Of a DNA stretch of 64,000 nt, positions 29,086 to 38,247 are shown piece by piece. Within the stretch, counting starts at the first letter, position 1. The number at the start of each line of letters is the position of its first letter. Source of the stretch: Gammaproteobacteria bacterium (GTDB lineage: Bacteria > Pseudomonadota > Gammaproteobacteria > S012-40); assembly GCA_029881255.1 (NCBI GenBank), contig JAOUMY010000010.1:92653-156652 (forward strand), read 5' to 3'. The notes beneath the pieces are model-generated. The model was not told where the DNA came from. It made no database searches and saw only the letters and a program-made list of their open reading frames with translations. The position numbers were made by a program, and so were the translations under genes.

Positions 29086-30966
29086 ATGAAATTTATTTCC
29101 AACCTCAAAATCGCCCAAAAGCTATTGCTGTTGACCGCGATCCCCGCCTTGTCACTCATGATATTTGCGACAATTGCGGTTTTGGAACGAATTGAGGTTA
29201 GCTCCAGTATGGCAGCCGTTGAAACTATGACGCGTATCTCATCACGCATTGGCGCTTTGGTTCATGAGCTGCAAAAGGAACGCGGCATGACCGCCGGTTT
29301 TCTTGGTAGCGACGGCAAATCCTTCGCCGACAAAATTGAAGGCCAACAACGCGCTGCAGATGAAAAACACAGTGCACTGTTGACCTACATGGGCACGATT
29401 GATCTGGCCGCGCTGGATCCTCATTTTGTCTCTGAGATCAAAGAAGGTTTGGACCTTTTTGAGCAACGGGAACTTGTGCGTGCACGCGTCAGTGAGCTGC
29501 GGATTCCAACTGCCGAGGCGATTGCTTTCTACACCAAATTAAACAGTGTATTTCTGCTGGCAGTCTCGGAGATGTACGAAGAGGCGGTAACCGCCGAATT
29601 GACTGCCCAGGTCACCGCATATGCCGATTTTCTAAAAGCTAAAGAACGCGCAGGCGTAGAGCGTGCAATTCTGGCTGCGGTCTTTGCGCAGGATCGTTTC
29701 GAGAAAGGACAGTTCCGAAGGTTAGTCGAGGTCATTCAGGACCAAAAAGTCTATCTGGATATGTTTCGCCATCTTGCAACACAGCAACAGGTCGCGGTTT
29801 ACGATCGTACCTTATCCGGTGATGTGATCAATCAAACGCGAAAAATGGTAGAGACAGCATTTGATAAGGCCGACAGTGGTGGCTTTGGCGTCAGCTCGCA
29901 GGATTGGTTCAGGCTGCAAACCGAAAAAATCGCTCTGTTGAAAAAAGTGGAAGACTATCTTACGCAAGATGTTGAGAGTTTTGCGGAACATGAGTCTCAA
30001 AACGCGGCCGCTGCTGTAAGCGCTTATATTATCGCGTCGGTACTGGTTTTAGCTTTGGTCGTGACAGGTTTTGTAGTGATAGGCAACAGCATACGTCAAC
30101 CCTTGCGCGATATGGTGAATATTGCCGAGCAACTTGCTGACGGTGAATTGCAAATTGAGCGTAAGGCCTTTGGCCGCGATGAGACCGGCGCTGCCATGGG
30201 CGCGATGTATCGCATGGTGGACAAGTTGACCGATATTATCAATAGCATTGTGAGCGCTGCGGAGAATATGGCGAATGCCTCTTCTCAAGTCAGCGATTCA
30301 GCACAATCGCTTAGCCAGGCATCCAGTGAGCAGGGGGCCAGCGTTGAGGAGACTAGCGCATCACTGGAAGAGATGAATGCCAGTATTATGCAGAATACGG
30401 ATAATGCACAGGCTACGTCTTCTATCGCGCTTGAGGTCGCGCAACAGGCCCAGCAAGGTGGAGAATCGGTGCAGGAAACCGTCACTGCCATGCGCGCAAT
30501 CTCGGAAAAGATCACGCTCATCGAAGACATTGCCTATAAGACTAATCTACTCGCATTGAATGCCGCGATCGAAGCGGCGCGCGCCGGCGAACACGGAAAG
30601 GGTTTTGCGGTGGTTGCCGACGAGGTGCGTAAACTGGCGGAGCGTAGCCAGGAGGCAGCGGGGCAGATTACAGCGATGGCCAGTCGGAACGTGACTATTT
30701 CTGAGCGTGCCGGGAAACTCATTGCCGAAGTGGTGCCCAAGGTCCAGCAAACCGCCAATCTTATCGAAGAGATCAATGCGGCCTCGTCGGAACAGGCGAG
30801 TAATGTTAGCCAGGTGAAACTGGCGATGGACCAGGTCGACAAAACTGCGCAGCAGAGCGCGGCCTCTTCGGAAGAACTGGCCAGTACCTCCGAGGAAATG
30901 CTCAGCCAGACCGAGGAATTACGCCACATCGTGTCTTTCTTTAAACTCGCAGACGACTACCGCTAA
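29086..30966 (+). CDS. Methyl-accepting chemotaxis protein with NIT (nitrate/nitrite-sensing type) ligand domain
   Basis: 626 aa. N-terminal TM helix, NIT signature [18 protein letters not shown], a second TM helix + HAMP, and the MCP signalling hairpin ([40 protein letters not shown]). Confidence 0.85.
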   Translation: MKFISNLKIAQKLLLLTAIPALSLMIFATIAVLERIEVSSSMAAVETMTRISSRIGALVHELQKERGMTAGFLGSDGKSFADKIEGQQRAADEKHSALLTYMGTIDLAALDPHFVSEIKEGLDLFEQRELVRARVSELRIPTAEAIAFYTKLNSVFLLAVSEMYEEAVTAELTAQVTAYADFLKAKERAGVERAILAAVFAQDRFEKGQFRRLVEVIQDQKVYLDMFRHLATQQQVAVYDRTLSGDVINQTRKMVETAFDKADSGGFGVSSQDWFRLQTEKIALLKKVEDYLTQDVESFAEHESQNAAAAVSAYIIASVLVLALVVTGFVVIGNSIRQPLRDMVNIAEQLADGELQIERKAFGRDETGAAMGAMYRMVDKLTDIINSIVSAAENMANASSQVSDSAQSLSQASSEQGASVEETSASLEEMNASIMQNTDNAQATSSIALEVAQQAQQGGESVQETVTAMRAISEKITLIEDIAYKTNLLALNAAIEAARAGEHGKGFAVVADEVRKLAERSQEAAGQITAMASRNVTISERAGKLIAEVVPKVQQTANLIEEINAASSEQASNVSQVKLAMDQVDKTAQQSAASSEELASTSEEMLSQTEELRHIVSFFKLADDYR

Positions 30967-31055
30967 GTCTTTGCATAGATTTACTGACGAAGCTGTGATC
31001 TCAGCGTGCTTTTGATTAAAATTGGCAGCTCACAGATTTACAGTATCGAAGGGCC

Positions 31056-34000
31056 GTGGACAGATTAGCACTATGCATGCAGCGGGATCGTTTTCGTCTG
31101 CGTCGACAATTACAGCGGCTGAAGGCTGAGGACGACAAATCGCGCGTCGAGCAAGACATCTCCACGTCTGAGGCGGAATATGCACACCGACTGCAACATC
31201 TACCAAAGCCCACCTTTCCCGAAGCCTTACCCGTTAGTGAAAAGCACGAGGAGATTGCCCAGGCGATAGCTGCGCATCAGGTTGTCATTGTGTGTGGTGA
31301 AACCGGCTCAGGTAAAACCACCCAAATCCCGAAAATCTGTCTGTCTCTAGGTCGCGGAGTCGCGGGAATGATCGGTCACACCCAGCCGCGGCGTATCGCT
31401 GCGCGTAGTGTCGCGGCAAGAATTGCCGAAGAGCTGAACTCAGGTATTGGGCAACACGTGGGTTATAAGGTGCGTTTCTCCGATCAACAGGGGGAAAATA
31501 CCTATATTAAGTTGATGACCGACGGGATATTGTTGGCCGAAACGCAGAACGATCGATTTCTCGATGCCTATGACACAATTATTATTGATGAGGCCCACGA
31601 GCGCAGTCTGAATATCGATTTCCTGTTGGGCTATCTCAAACAACTATTACCACGTCGCCCGGACCTGAAAGTTATCGTCACCTCCGCCACGATTGATCCG
31701 CAGAGATTTTCAAAACACTTTAATAATGCGCCAGTGATAGAAGTGTCCGGGCGTACCTTTCCGGTGGAAATGCGTTACCGGCCATTCAATGAAGACCGCG
31801 ATGATGAGCGTGATCTGCAACAGGCGATTATTGACGCTATCGACGAGCTTTCACGGCAAGGGCCAGGTGACGTGCTGGTTTTTCTTTCAGGTGAGCGGGA
31901 TATCCGTGAAACCGCTGAGGCCTTGCGTAAACATCATCCACCCCATACCGAAATCCTGCCCTTGTTTGCGCGGCTGACGGTTGCGGAGCAACAGAAGATT
32001 TTTCAATCCCATGCCGGGCGTCGCATCGTGTTGTCGACTAACGTTGCGGAAACTTCGTTAACCGTGCCGGGCATACGCTATGTGGTAGATACCGGTTTTG
32101 CGCGTATCTCCCGTTACAGTTATCGCTCAAAGATACAGCGACTGCCAGTAGAAGCCATCTCACAGGCTTCGGCCAACCAGCGTGCTGGCCGTTGTGGGCG
32201 CGTGAGTGCGGGTATCTGTATTCGTTTGTATTCAGAAGAAGATTATCTCAATCGCGATGAGTTTACCGATGCGGAAATTCTGCGCACCAATCTCGCCAGC
32301 GTTATATTGCAAATGACAGCTCTGGGTTTGGGCGACGTCAAGCGCTTTCCCTTCGTAGACAAGCCCGATGATCGTTTTATCAATGACGGCTATAAGCTGC
32401 TACAGGAGCTCAATGCCATCGACGATCAACGTCGACTGACGAAAACCGGAAAACTGCTTTCGAAGCTACCCATAGAGCCCAGGCTTGCGCGCGTGCTAGT
32501 CGAAGGGGATAAGGAAAACAGTTTGCACGAAGTCTTGATTATTGTTGCTGGACTGAGTGTTCAAGATCCCCGTGAAAGGCCTTTCGATGCGCAACAGGCG
32601 GCTGATGAAAAACACCGCCGTTTTCAGGATGAGGATTCGGATTTTATCGCCTTGTTAAAACTGTGGGACTACTTATCAGACAAGCGACGTCATCTTTCGA
32701 ACAGCCAGTATCGAAAACTTTGTCGCGCAGAGTTTTTGTCCTATATGCGGGTAAAGGAATGGCGCGAAGTCTATACACAACTAAAGAAGCAGGCAATTGA
32801 CTTAGGATTAAAAGTAAACCAGGAAGCCGCGCATTACGACGCGATACATCGCGCGTTACTGAGTGGGTTGTTGTCGCGGGTGGGCATGAAAGACGAAGAC
32901 AAAGGATTTTTTGGTGCACGCAATAGCCGCTTTTTTATCTTCCCCGGTTCCAGTCAATTCAAGAAACCACCGAAATGGGTGATTGCTGCGGAGATCGTGG
33001 AAACCGCCAAGGTGTATGCGCGTATGGTGGCGAAAATCAATCCGGACTGGATAGAGCCGCTGGCTTTGCATGTGGTCAAACGCAGTCATGTTGAACCTCA
33101 TTGGGAAAAACGGCACGCCCAGGTCGCTGCATTTGAAAATGTCAGTTTGTTTGGCCTGCCGGTGGTAAACCGGCGGCGAGTCAATTACGGCCCTATCGAC
33201 CCTGAAACGTCACGCGAAATATTTATTCGACATGCGCTGGTCTATGGCGAATACCAGACGGACGCCGCTTTCTTTAAACACAATCGCGAGTTGATCGAAA
33301 AAATCGAAAGCCTGGAGGCCAAATCGCGACGTCAGGATATTCTTGTGGACGAACAACTGATCTACGATTTTTTCGATCAACGCATTCCGGCGGGTATTTT
33401 TTCCGGCGCGACGTTTGAAAAGTGGCGTAAGCAATTAGAGCGCGCTGAGCCGCAGTTGTTGCTTCTCAGTGAAGAATCGCTGATGCAACATCAGGCAGGC
33501 CATGTCACCGAGAATCGATTTCCTTCGAGCGTGAATATCAATGGTTTGCAGCTGGCGCTTGAATATCATTTTGCCCCGGGCGAACCCGAGGACGGCGTAT
33601 CGGTCAAAGTCCCTGTTGCGGCTTTGAGTCAATTACGTCCGCAACGCTTCGAGTGGCTGGTGCCCGGCCTGTTGGAAGATAAAATCGTGGCCATGATCAA
33701 AAGCCTTCCCAAGAGTTTACGTAAAAACTTCGTGCCTGCTCCTCAGTATGCACAAGCATGTGTGGAGGTGCTTACTCCGGATGAGATTTCCTTGCGCGAT
33801 GCTTTGAGTAAGCAATTACTCCGAATGACCGGCGTTAAACTTGAAGACGAAAACTGGAAGCTGGACAGCTTGCCGATGCATTTTCTGATGAACTTCCGCG
33901 TGGTTGATAGTAAGGGAAAGCTCTTAATGCAAGGGCGAGACCTCGCGCAATTACAACAGCAATTAGGTAGTAAAACAGAGGCGGTTTTCAGTGGTCTGAA

Positions 34001-34883
34001 TAGTAGCGAATACGAACGTAGCGATATTCGTGAGTGGGATTTTGGTGACTTACCGCCGTTTATTGAAGTTAAGCATCAAGGCGTATCACTCAAGGCATTT
34101 CCTACTCTCGTAGAAGAACAGGGTATGGTCGCATTGCGTTTGGTGGATTCGCCGGATAAAGCGGAAAAATTGGCGCAAAAAGGCCTGCGTGCGCTGTTTA
34201 TGGCCTGTTTATCGCAACAGCAAAAATACCTTCGGAAAAACCTGCCAGGTGTCGACAATCTGTGTTTGCAATATCGAAAAATCGGAGATTGCGAGCGGTT
34301 GAAACAGGATATTCTGGCGGCGGTATTTGATCAGGTGTTTTTGTTTGATCGCAAGTTCATCCGTACGCGGGCCGAATTTCAAAGCCGACTTGAGCAAGGG
34401 CGCGGAGAGCTGATCGAGCGCGCGAATACATTATGTGCTCTGCTCAGACAGATACTGGAACTCTATACCGCAATAGAGAAGTCTTTGAAGGGTTCGATAC
34501 CAGCAAACTGGATTAATGCTGTAAGTGATATAAGACAGCATCTTAATTCCCTGGTATTTAAGGATTTCATTAGTACGACGCCGTTATCATGGCTGGAGCA
34601 GTATCCGCGTTATCTACGCGCGGTTGAAAAACGAATTGAAAAGCTTGCGTTGGATATAAACAGGGACAGAACGATGATGATGGATATCAATCCCCTGTGG
34701 GAGCAGTATCTTACACGCAAGGAAAGGCATGAAAAATTGTCTATCGATGACCCGGAATTGACACGATATCGTTGGTTGATCGAAGAGTTTCGCGTATCTC
34801 TATTTGCGCAGGAGTTGAAAACTCTGGAGCCGGTTTCACTTAAAAGATTGGAAAAGCAATGGCAAAGCGTGAGAAAAGAATAA
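31056..34883 (+). CDS. hrpA: ATP-dependent RNA helicase HrpA (DEAH-box)
   Basis: 1275 aa with GETGSGKTTQIPK, DEAHERS, SATID, TNVAETSLTVPG and QRAGRCGR, plus the long HrpA C-terminal extension. The exact start (GTG 31056 or ATG 31077) is uncertain. Confidence 0.92.
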   Translation: MDRLALCMQRDRFRLRRQLQRLKAEDDKSRVEQDISTSEAEYAHRLQHLPKPTFPEALPVSEKHEEIAQAIAAHQVVIVCGETGSGKTTQIPKICLSLGRGVAGMIGHTQPRRIAARSVAARIAEELNSGIGQHVGYKVRFSDQQGENTYIKLMTDGILLAETQNDRFLDAYDTIIIDEAHERSLNIDFLLGYLKQLLPRRPDLKVIVTSATIDPQRFSKHFNNAPVIEVSGRTFPVEMRYRPFNEDRDDERDLQQAIIDAIDELSRQGPGDVLVFLSGERDIRETAEALRKHHPPHTEILPLFARLTVAEQQKIFQSHAGRRIVLSTNVAETSLTVPGIRYVVDTGFARISRYSYRSKIQRLPVEAISQASANQRAGRCGRVSAGICIRLYSEEDYLNRDEFTDAEILRTNLASVILQMTALGLGDVKRFPFVDKPDDRFINDGYKLLQELNAIDDQRRLTKTGKLLSKLPIEPRLARVLVEGDKENSLHEVLIIVAGLSVQDPRERPFDAQQAADEKHRRFQDEDSDFIALLKLWDYLSDKRRHLSNSQYRKLCRAEFLSYMRVKEWREVYTQLKKQAIDLGLKVNQEAAHYDAIHRALLSGLLSRVGMKDEDKGFFGARNSRFFIFPGSSQFKKPPKWVIAAEIVETAKVYARMVAKINPDWIEPLALHVVKRSHVEPHWEKRHAQVAAFENVSLFGLPVVNRRRVNYGPIDPETSREIFIRHALVYGEYQTDAAFFKHNRELIEKIESLEAKSRRQDILVDEQLIYDFFDQRIPAGIFSGATFEKWRKQLERAEPQLLLLSEESLMQHQAGHVTENRFPSSVNINGLQLALEYHFAPGEPEDGVSVKVPVAALSQLRPQRFEWLVPGLLEDKIVAMIKSLPKSLRKNFVPAPQYAQACVEVLTPDEISLRDALSKQLLRMTGVKLEDENWKLDSLPMHFLMNFRVVDSKGKLLMQGRDLAQLQQQLGSKTEAVFSGLNSSEYERSDIREWDFGDLPPFIEVKHQGVSLKAFPTLVEEQGMVALRLVDSPDKAEKLAQKGLRALFMACLSQQQKYLRKNLPGVDNLCLQYRKIGDCERLKQDILAAVFDQVFLFDRKFIRTRAEFQSRLEQGRGELIERANTLCALLRQILELYTAIEKSLKGSIPANWINAVSDIRQHLNSLVFKDFISTTPLSWLEQYPRYLRAVEKRIEKLALDINRDRTMMMDINPLWEQYLTRKERHEKLSIDDPELTRYRWLIEEFRVSLFAQELKTLEPVSLKRLEKQWQSVRKE

Positions 34884-36658
34884 ACCTTTTCCCCTGGCAC
34901 TGGGTGGCTGTAGCTTTGTTCTATATGTTGGCGCTTACTCCGGTTATGGCTTTGCCTGATAGACCTGAGTCGTTTAAGCAGGGCGATTTCAAGGCGGCTG
35001 AGGTTTATCTCGATGAATACATCGAAGAATGGATGGATGATGAATCGGTCCCTGGTGTCAGCATTACGGTTTTTGATCGCAATTCTTTTCTGTTGTCCAA
35101 AGCTTATGGTTACGCTGATCTTGAGGAAGACATAAAGACTAAGCCGGACACCGTTTTTCGCGTGGGTGGCCTCACTACCTTGTTTACCTCGCTGGCCATT
35201 ATGCAGCTACAAGAACAAGGTAAGATCAATCTGCTTGATCCTGTCAGTAAGTATTTACCTGGGTTCGTCATAAACACGCGCTGGGCTACGCAGACGCCAA
35301 TTAATATTCATCAATTGCTCATCCACTATAGTGGTTTGCCCGTTAGCATCTTCAAGGGCATGTGGGCGTTTAGCCCCACGACGCCGGAAGCAATGTTAGA
35401 TCAATTGGCGCTGAGTTATGCCGCATTTCAACCCGGCGAAATTTACGCATTCTCCAATCTTGGTTATGTGTTGCTGGGAATGATAATCGAACGTGCTAGC
35501 GGTATGCCTTACGCCCAATATGTGGAACAGAACATCATTAAACCACTGGGCCTGAAACACACGGGTTTTTCTCTCACGCCTGAAATGCGTAAACAGTTTG
35601 CAAAGGGCTACAAGAAAGAAGAGCTCAAACCGGTTTTACAAACGCGAGATGTAGCCGCGCTTGGTTTGTATAGCACCAGCGAGGATATGGCGCGTTTTGT
35701 ACAGGCGTTCATCACTGAGCAGAAAGTTATTTCCGCAGGCGCAAGCTCTCGCATGTTAACCCCACAAAACCGGCAGGTGCGTATTGATACCGGGCACCAT
35801 ATTGGTTATGGCTGGCAATTGGACGATGCAAGAATGAGTGGTGTAAACCATGTGGCCAATCGCTGGGGCAGCACCTTGCTGTTTCGAAGTCGGGTGATGT
35901 TGCTTCCTGAATTCGGACTGGGTGTCGTTATTAATGCGAACTCCAGTAAAGGCTTTCGTGTCGTTGATGAAGTTGCCGCCGAGGCAATGAAGGTGATGTT
36001 AGAGGTCGTCCAGGGCGTGCCGCAAAAAGTGGTTAAAGACGAGGAATTGGTGTTGGAGCCGGTGAACAATATTGCGCCTTTCCAGACGGAGTATTCGACC
36101 ATGGCAGGCTATTCACGCATACGGCAAAAGGGTAGCGAGTATTACGCCAACATCATGGGCTGGAATCTCCATCTGCGTCCGCAAGGAAATGGCTGGTATG
36201 GCGTACAGTATGATTTTCTCGGTTTTCTACCGATTAAGCTCGACTGGTTCGCAAAGATTCGTATTGCGCCAGTTATGGTAGACAGCGAACCCGCTTTGCT
36301 TTCGCATTTCAATGGGCGCACGACCTTGTTTGGTTCGACTCTTCCCAACAATGCATTGAATGAAAAGTGGAAGAATCGTGTCGGCGAATACATGCTGGCG
36401 AATCCCGATGAGTTGACTGAGTTTTACGAAGTGAAAGAAGGACACATTCGTGAAGAAAATGGTCGACTGCTATTTGACTATAACCTGCCCTTCTTTATGG
36501 AAACGACGGTTACTCTGCCCCTGGTGCCGCTTGATGATAATCTGGCTATCATTCCCGGAAAGGGAAGTGCCTTTAATGAAGTCATACGCGTTGTTCGACG
36601 TGATGGCGGTGAGAGGCTGGTCTATTCTGGTTATGAATTAGAAAAGCAGGCAGACTAG
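34859..36658 (+). CDS. Secreted beta-lactamase-fold (serine hydrolase family) protein lacking the SxxK motif, with an extra C-terminal domain
   Basis: 599 aa with a signal peptide (VALFYMLALTPVMALP). The family landmark F-R-[IV]-[GA]-S-x-T-K-x-F-T reads FRVGGLTTLFT here. The YxN motif is present (YAFSNLGY). Overlaps the hrpA end by 25 nt. Confidence 0.7.
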   Translation: MAKREKRINLFPWHWVAVALFYMLALTPVMALPDRPESFKQGDFKAAEVYLDEYIEEWMDDESVPGVSITVFDRNSFLLSKAYGYADLEEDIKTKPDTVFRVGGLTTLFTSLAIMQLQEQGKINLLDPVSKYLPGFVINTRWATQTPINIHQLLIHYSGLPVSIFKGMWAFSPTTPEAMLDQLALSYAAFQPGEIYAFSNLGYVLLGMIIERASGMPYAQYVEQNIIKPLGLKHTGFSLTPEMRKQFAKGYKKEELKPVLQTRDVAALGLYSTSEDMARFVQAFITEQKVISAGASSRMLTPQNRQVRIDTGHHIGYGWQLDDARMSGVNHVANRWGSTLLFRSRVMLLPEFGLGVVINANSSKGFRVVDEVAAEAMKVMLEVVQGVPQKVVKDEELVLEPVNNIAPFQTEYSTMAGYSRIRQKGSEYYANIMGWNLHLRPQGNGWYGVQYDFLGFLPIKLDWFAKIRIAPVMVDSEPALLSHFNGRTTLFGSTLPNNALNEKWKNRVGEYMLANPDELTEFYEVKEGHIREENGRLLFDYNLPFFMETTVTLPLVPLDDNLAIIPGKGSAFNEVIRVVRRDGGERLVYSGYELEKQAD

Positions 36659-36741
36659 TTTCTCTTACATCCTCTCCAATCCAACATTTCTCACTGTGTT
36701 ATAGTCCCTGTAAAAGATCAACTTGAGAGGGAGTGTGCGTC

Positions 36742-37044
36742 ATGTATGTGGTGACCAATCGTGTACCAGTGGCATCAGGTTATGAGGAAATGTTTGAAGA
36801 CCGCTTCCGCAAGCGTGCGGGTCAGGTGGAGCAGCAGACCGGTTTTGTGCGCATGCACGTATTGAAACCTGTCAGCGAAGATACACCCTATGTGGTAATG
36901 ACGTATTGGGAAAACAGGCAGGCATTTCTCGATTGGACGCAGAGCGAGGACTTTCGTGTCGCGCACCAAAATCCCATGCCAAAAGAAGCCTTTCGTGAGG
37001 GTGGTGGCCTTGAACAGTTCGAAGTGATTATTTCAGCAGGCTAA
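36742..37044 (+). CDS. Antibiotic-biosynthesis-monooxygenase (ABM / IsdG-HmoA-like) domain protein
   Basis: About 100 aa with the ferredoxin-like dimeric alpha+beta pattern: MYVVTNRVPVA...FEDRFRKRAGQVEQQTGFVRMHVLKP...YVVMTYWENRQAFLDWTQSEDFRVAH. Confidence 0.7.
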   Translation: MYVVTNRVPVASGYEEMFEDRFRKRAGQVEQQTGFVRMHVLKPVSEDTPYVVMTYWENRQAFLDWTQSEDFRVAHQNPMPKEAFREGGGLEQFEVIISAG

Positions 37045-37188
37045 GCCGAGTTTTCCGGCACGCTGTTCACTGGCATCGGATTTGAATAATTGTGCTTCCC
37101 TCTGCTAACTTTTTAGAACAAACCGGAGCGTACCGGAGTCGAAAGTTAGGAGTATTTCCCCGCACGGGGATCAAGGAGGAAACATATT

Positions 37189-37617
37189 ATGCGCAGGTAT
37201 ATCCGTCACCCGTCGGACATCCCGATTGAGTATAAGATTCAAAAAGCGGCTAGCGCCAAAGTCCAATGTCTTACCAATGTCAGTCTTGGTGGACTTGCCT
37301 TTACAACACCTGAACACATCGAACCCGATGGTGTGATCCTCGTCAAAATTCCCTTTGTCTCTCCGCCTTTTGAAGCCTATGCCAAAGTCGTTTGGTGCGT
37401 CGCGCATGAGGAAGGCGGTTTCGAAGTGGGAACAGAGCTCATGGATCAGGAAGATGCATTTCGCGCGCGTATGATCGAGCAGATTTGTCACATAGAACAT
37501 TACAAGCGTGAAGTGGCAAGTTCTGAAGGACGAATTCTCAATGGCGAAGAAGCGGCAAGAGAATGGATAGCGCTGTTTGCAGCGGAATTCCCGCGCATTG
37601 AAGAGTCTGATGCGTAA
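37189..37617 (+). CDS. Stand-alone PilZ domain protein (c-di-GMP receptor)
   Basis: RRYIRH (RxxxR) at the N-terminus and NVSLGG (D/N-x-S-x-x-G) about 30 aa later. AGGAGG lies upstream of the ATG. Confidence 0.75.
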   Translation: MRRYIRHPSDIPIEYKIQKAASAKVQCLTNVSLGGLAFTTPEHIEPDGVILVKIPFVSPPFEAYAKVVWCVAHEEGGFEVGTELMDQEDAFRARMIEQICHIEHYKREVASSEGRILNGEEAAREWIALFAAEFPRIEESDA

Positions 37618-38247
37618 ATAGGGACAGACAAATTTCCTTTTGTTTATAGATGTATATAATATTCTCGGTTGCCTAAGTGGTGCTTGTCCCCTTATCATTT
37701 GTCGCTGAAAAAAATAATATAGGGCTGTTGTTAGGAGAAGTAAGGGATAGGTTTTAAGCTGCCACCAGGAAAATAGAGCAGTAAGGTCTGTTATTGATCG
37801 GTTTGAACATCTGCGTTTAGTTAATGTACATGTTCGTTCTTGGTCGTCTTGCGAATTTTGCTTCTAACACGTTGGCAATTGCAAATTAGTTCCATAGGAA
37901 GTACCAGGGATATGTTGTGATGTTCCCTAGTTGGACAAAATTTGGGTTTGTAGCGTGGCTGCTGATTTCGGTTCGCGTATGCGCAGCAACGGGGCGATTT
38001 TTTTGCTCCCGACAATTTGCGTGTCTGTCGAATTGCTCATTTCAATTCGTTTGCTTCGTTTCAAAACTTTTTCAATTGATGATGGCTTTACCGATGCGTC
38101 GGTTACGCCTTTGGCGTATCGTTGATGCGTTGGCTTGGCCTGCGCCCGTAAGAAAATGGTGGTGGGGGAAGAGTTGTAGATTGATTCAGGCTTTATCTCA
38201 AAGAATGACAATCAAAAATAATCATATACAAAAGGAATACGCTTTCC

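Noticed and set aside
37045-37188. c-di-GMP riboswitch upstream of the PilZ gene
   Set aside because: Small hairpins are present (CTAACTTT...AAAGTTAG, CCCC-gca-c-GGGG). However, I could not find the conserved GEMM-I or GEMM-II sequence blocks or the tetraloop/receptor layout.
37171-37698. 175-aa minus-strand ORF
   Set aside because: It is antisense to the PilZ gene, which has canonical RxxxR and NxSxxG motifs and a strong AGGAGG RBS. The antisense translation is low-complexity with no motifs.
37618-38247. CsrB/RsmY-type GGA-rich small RNA in the long spacer
   Set aside because: I counted about six GGA motifs in about 300 nt. That is close to the random expectation of about five, and there is no clear terminator or repeated hairpin-loop GGA arrangement.
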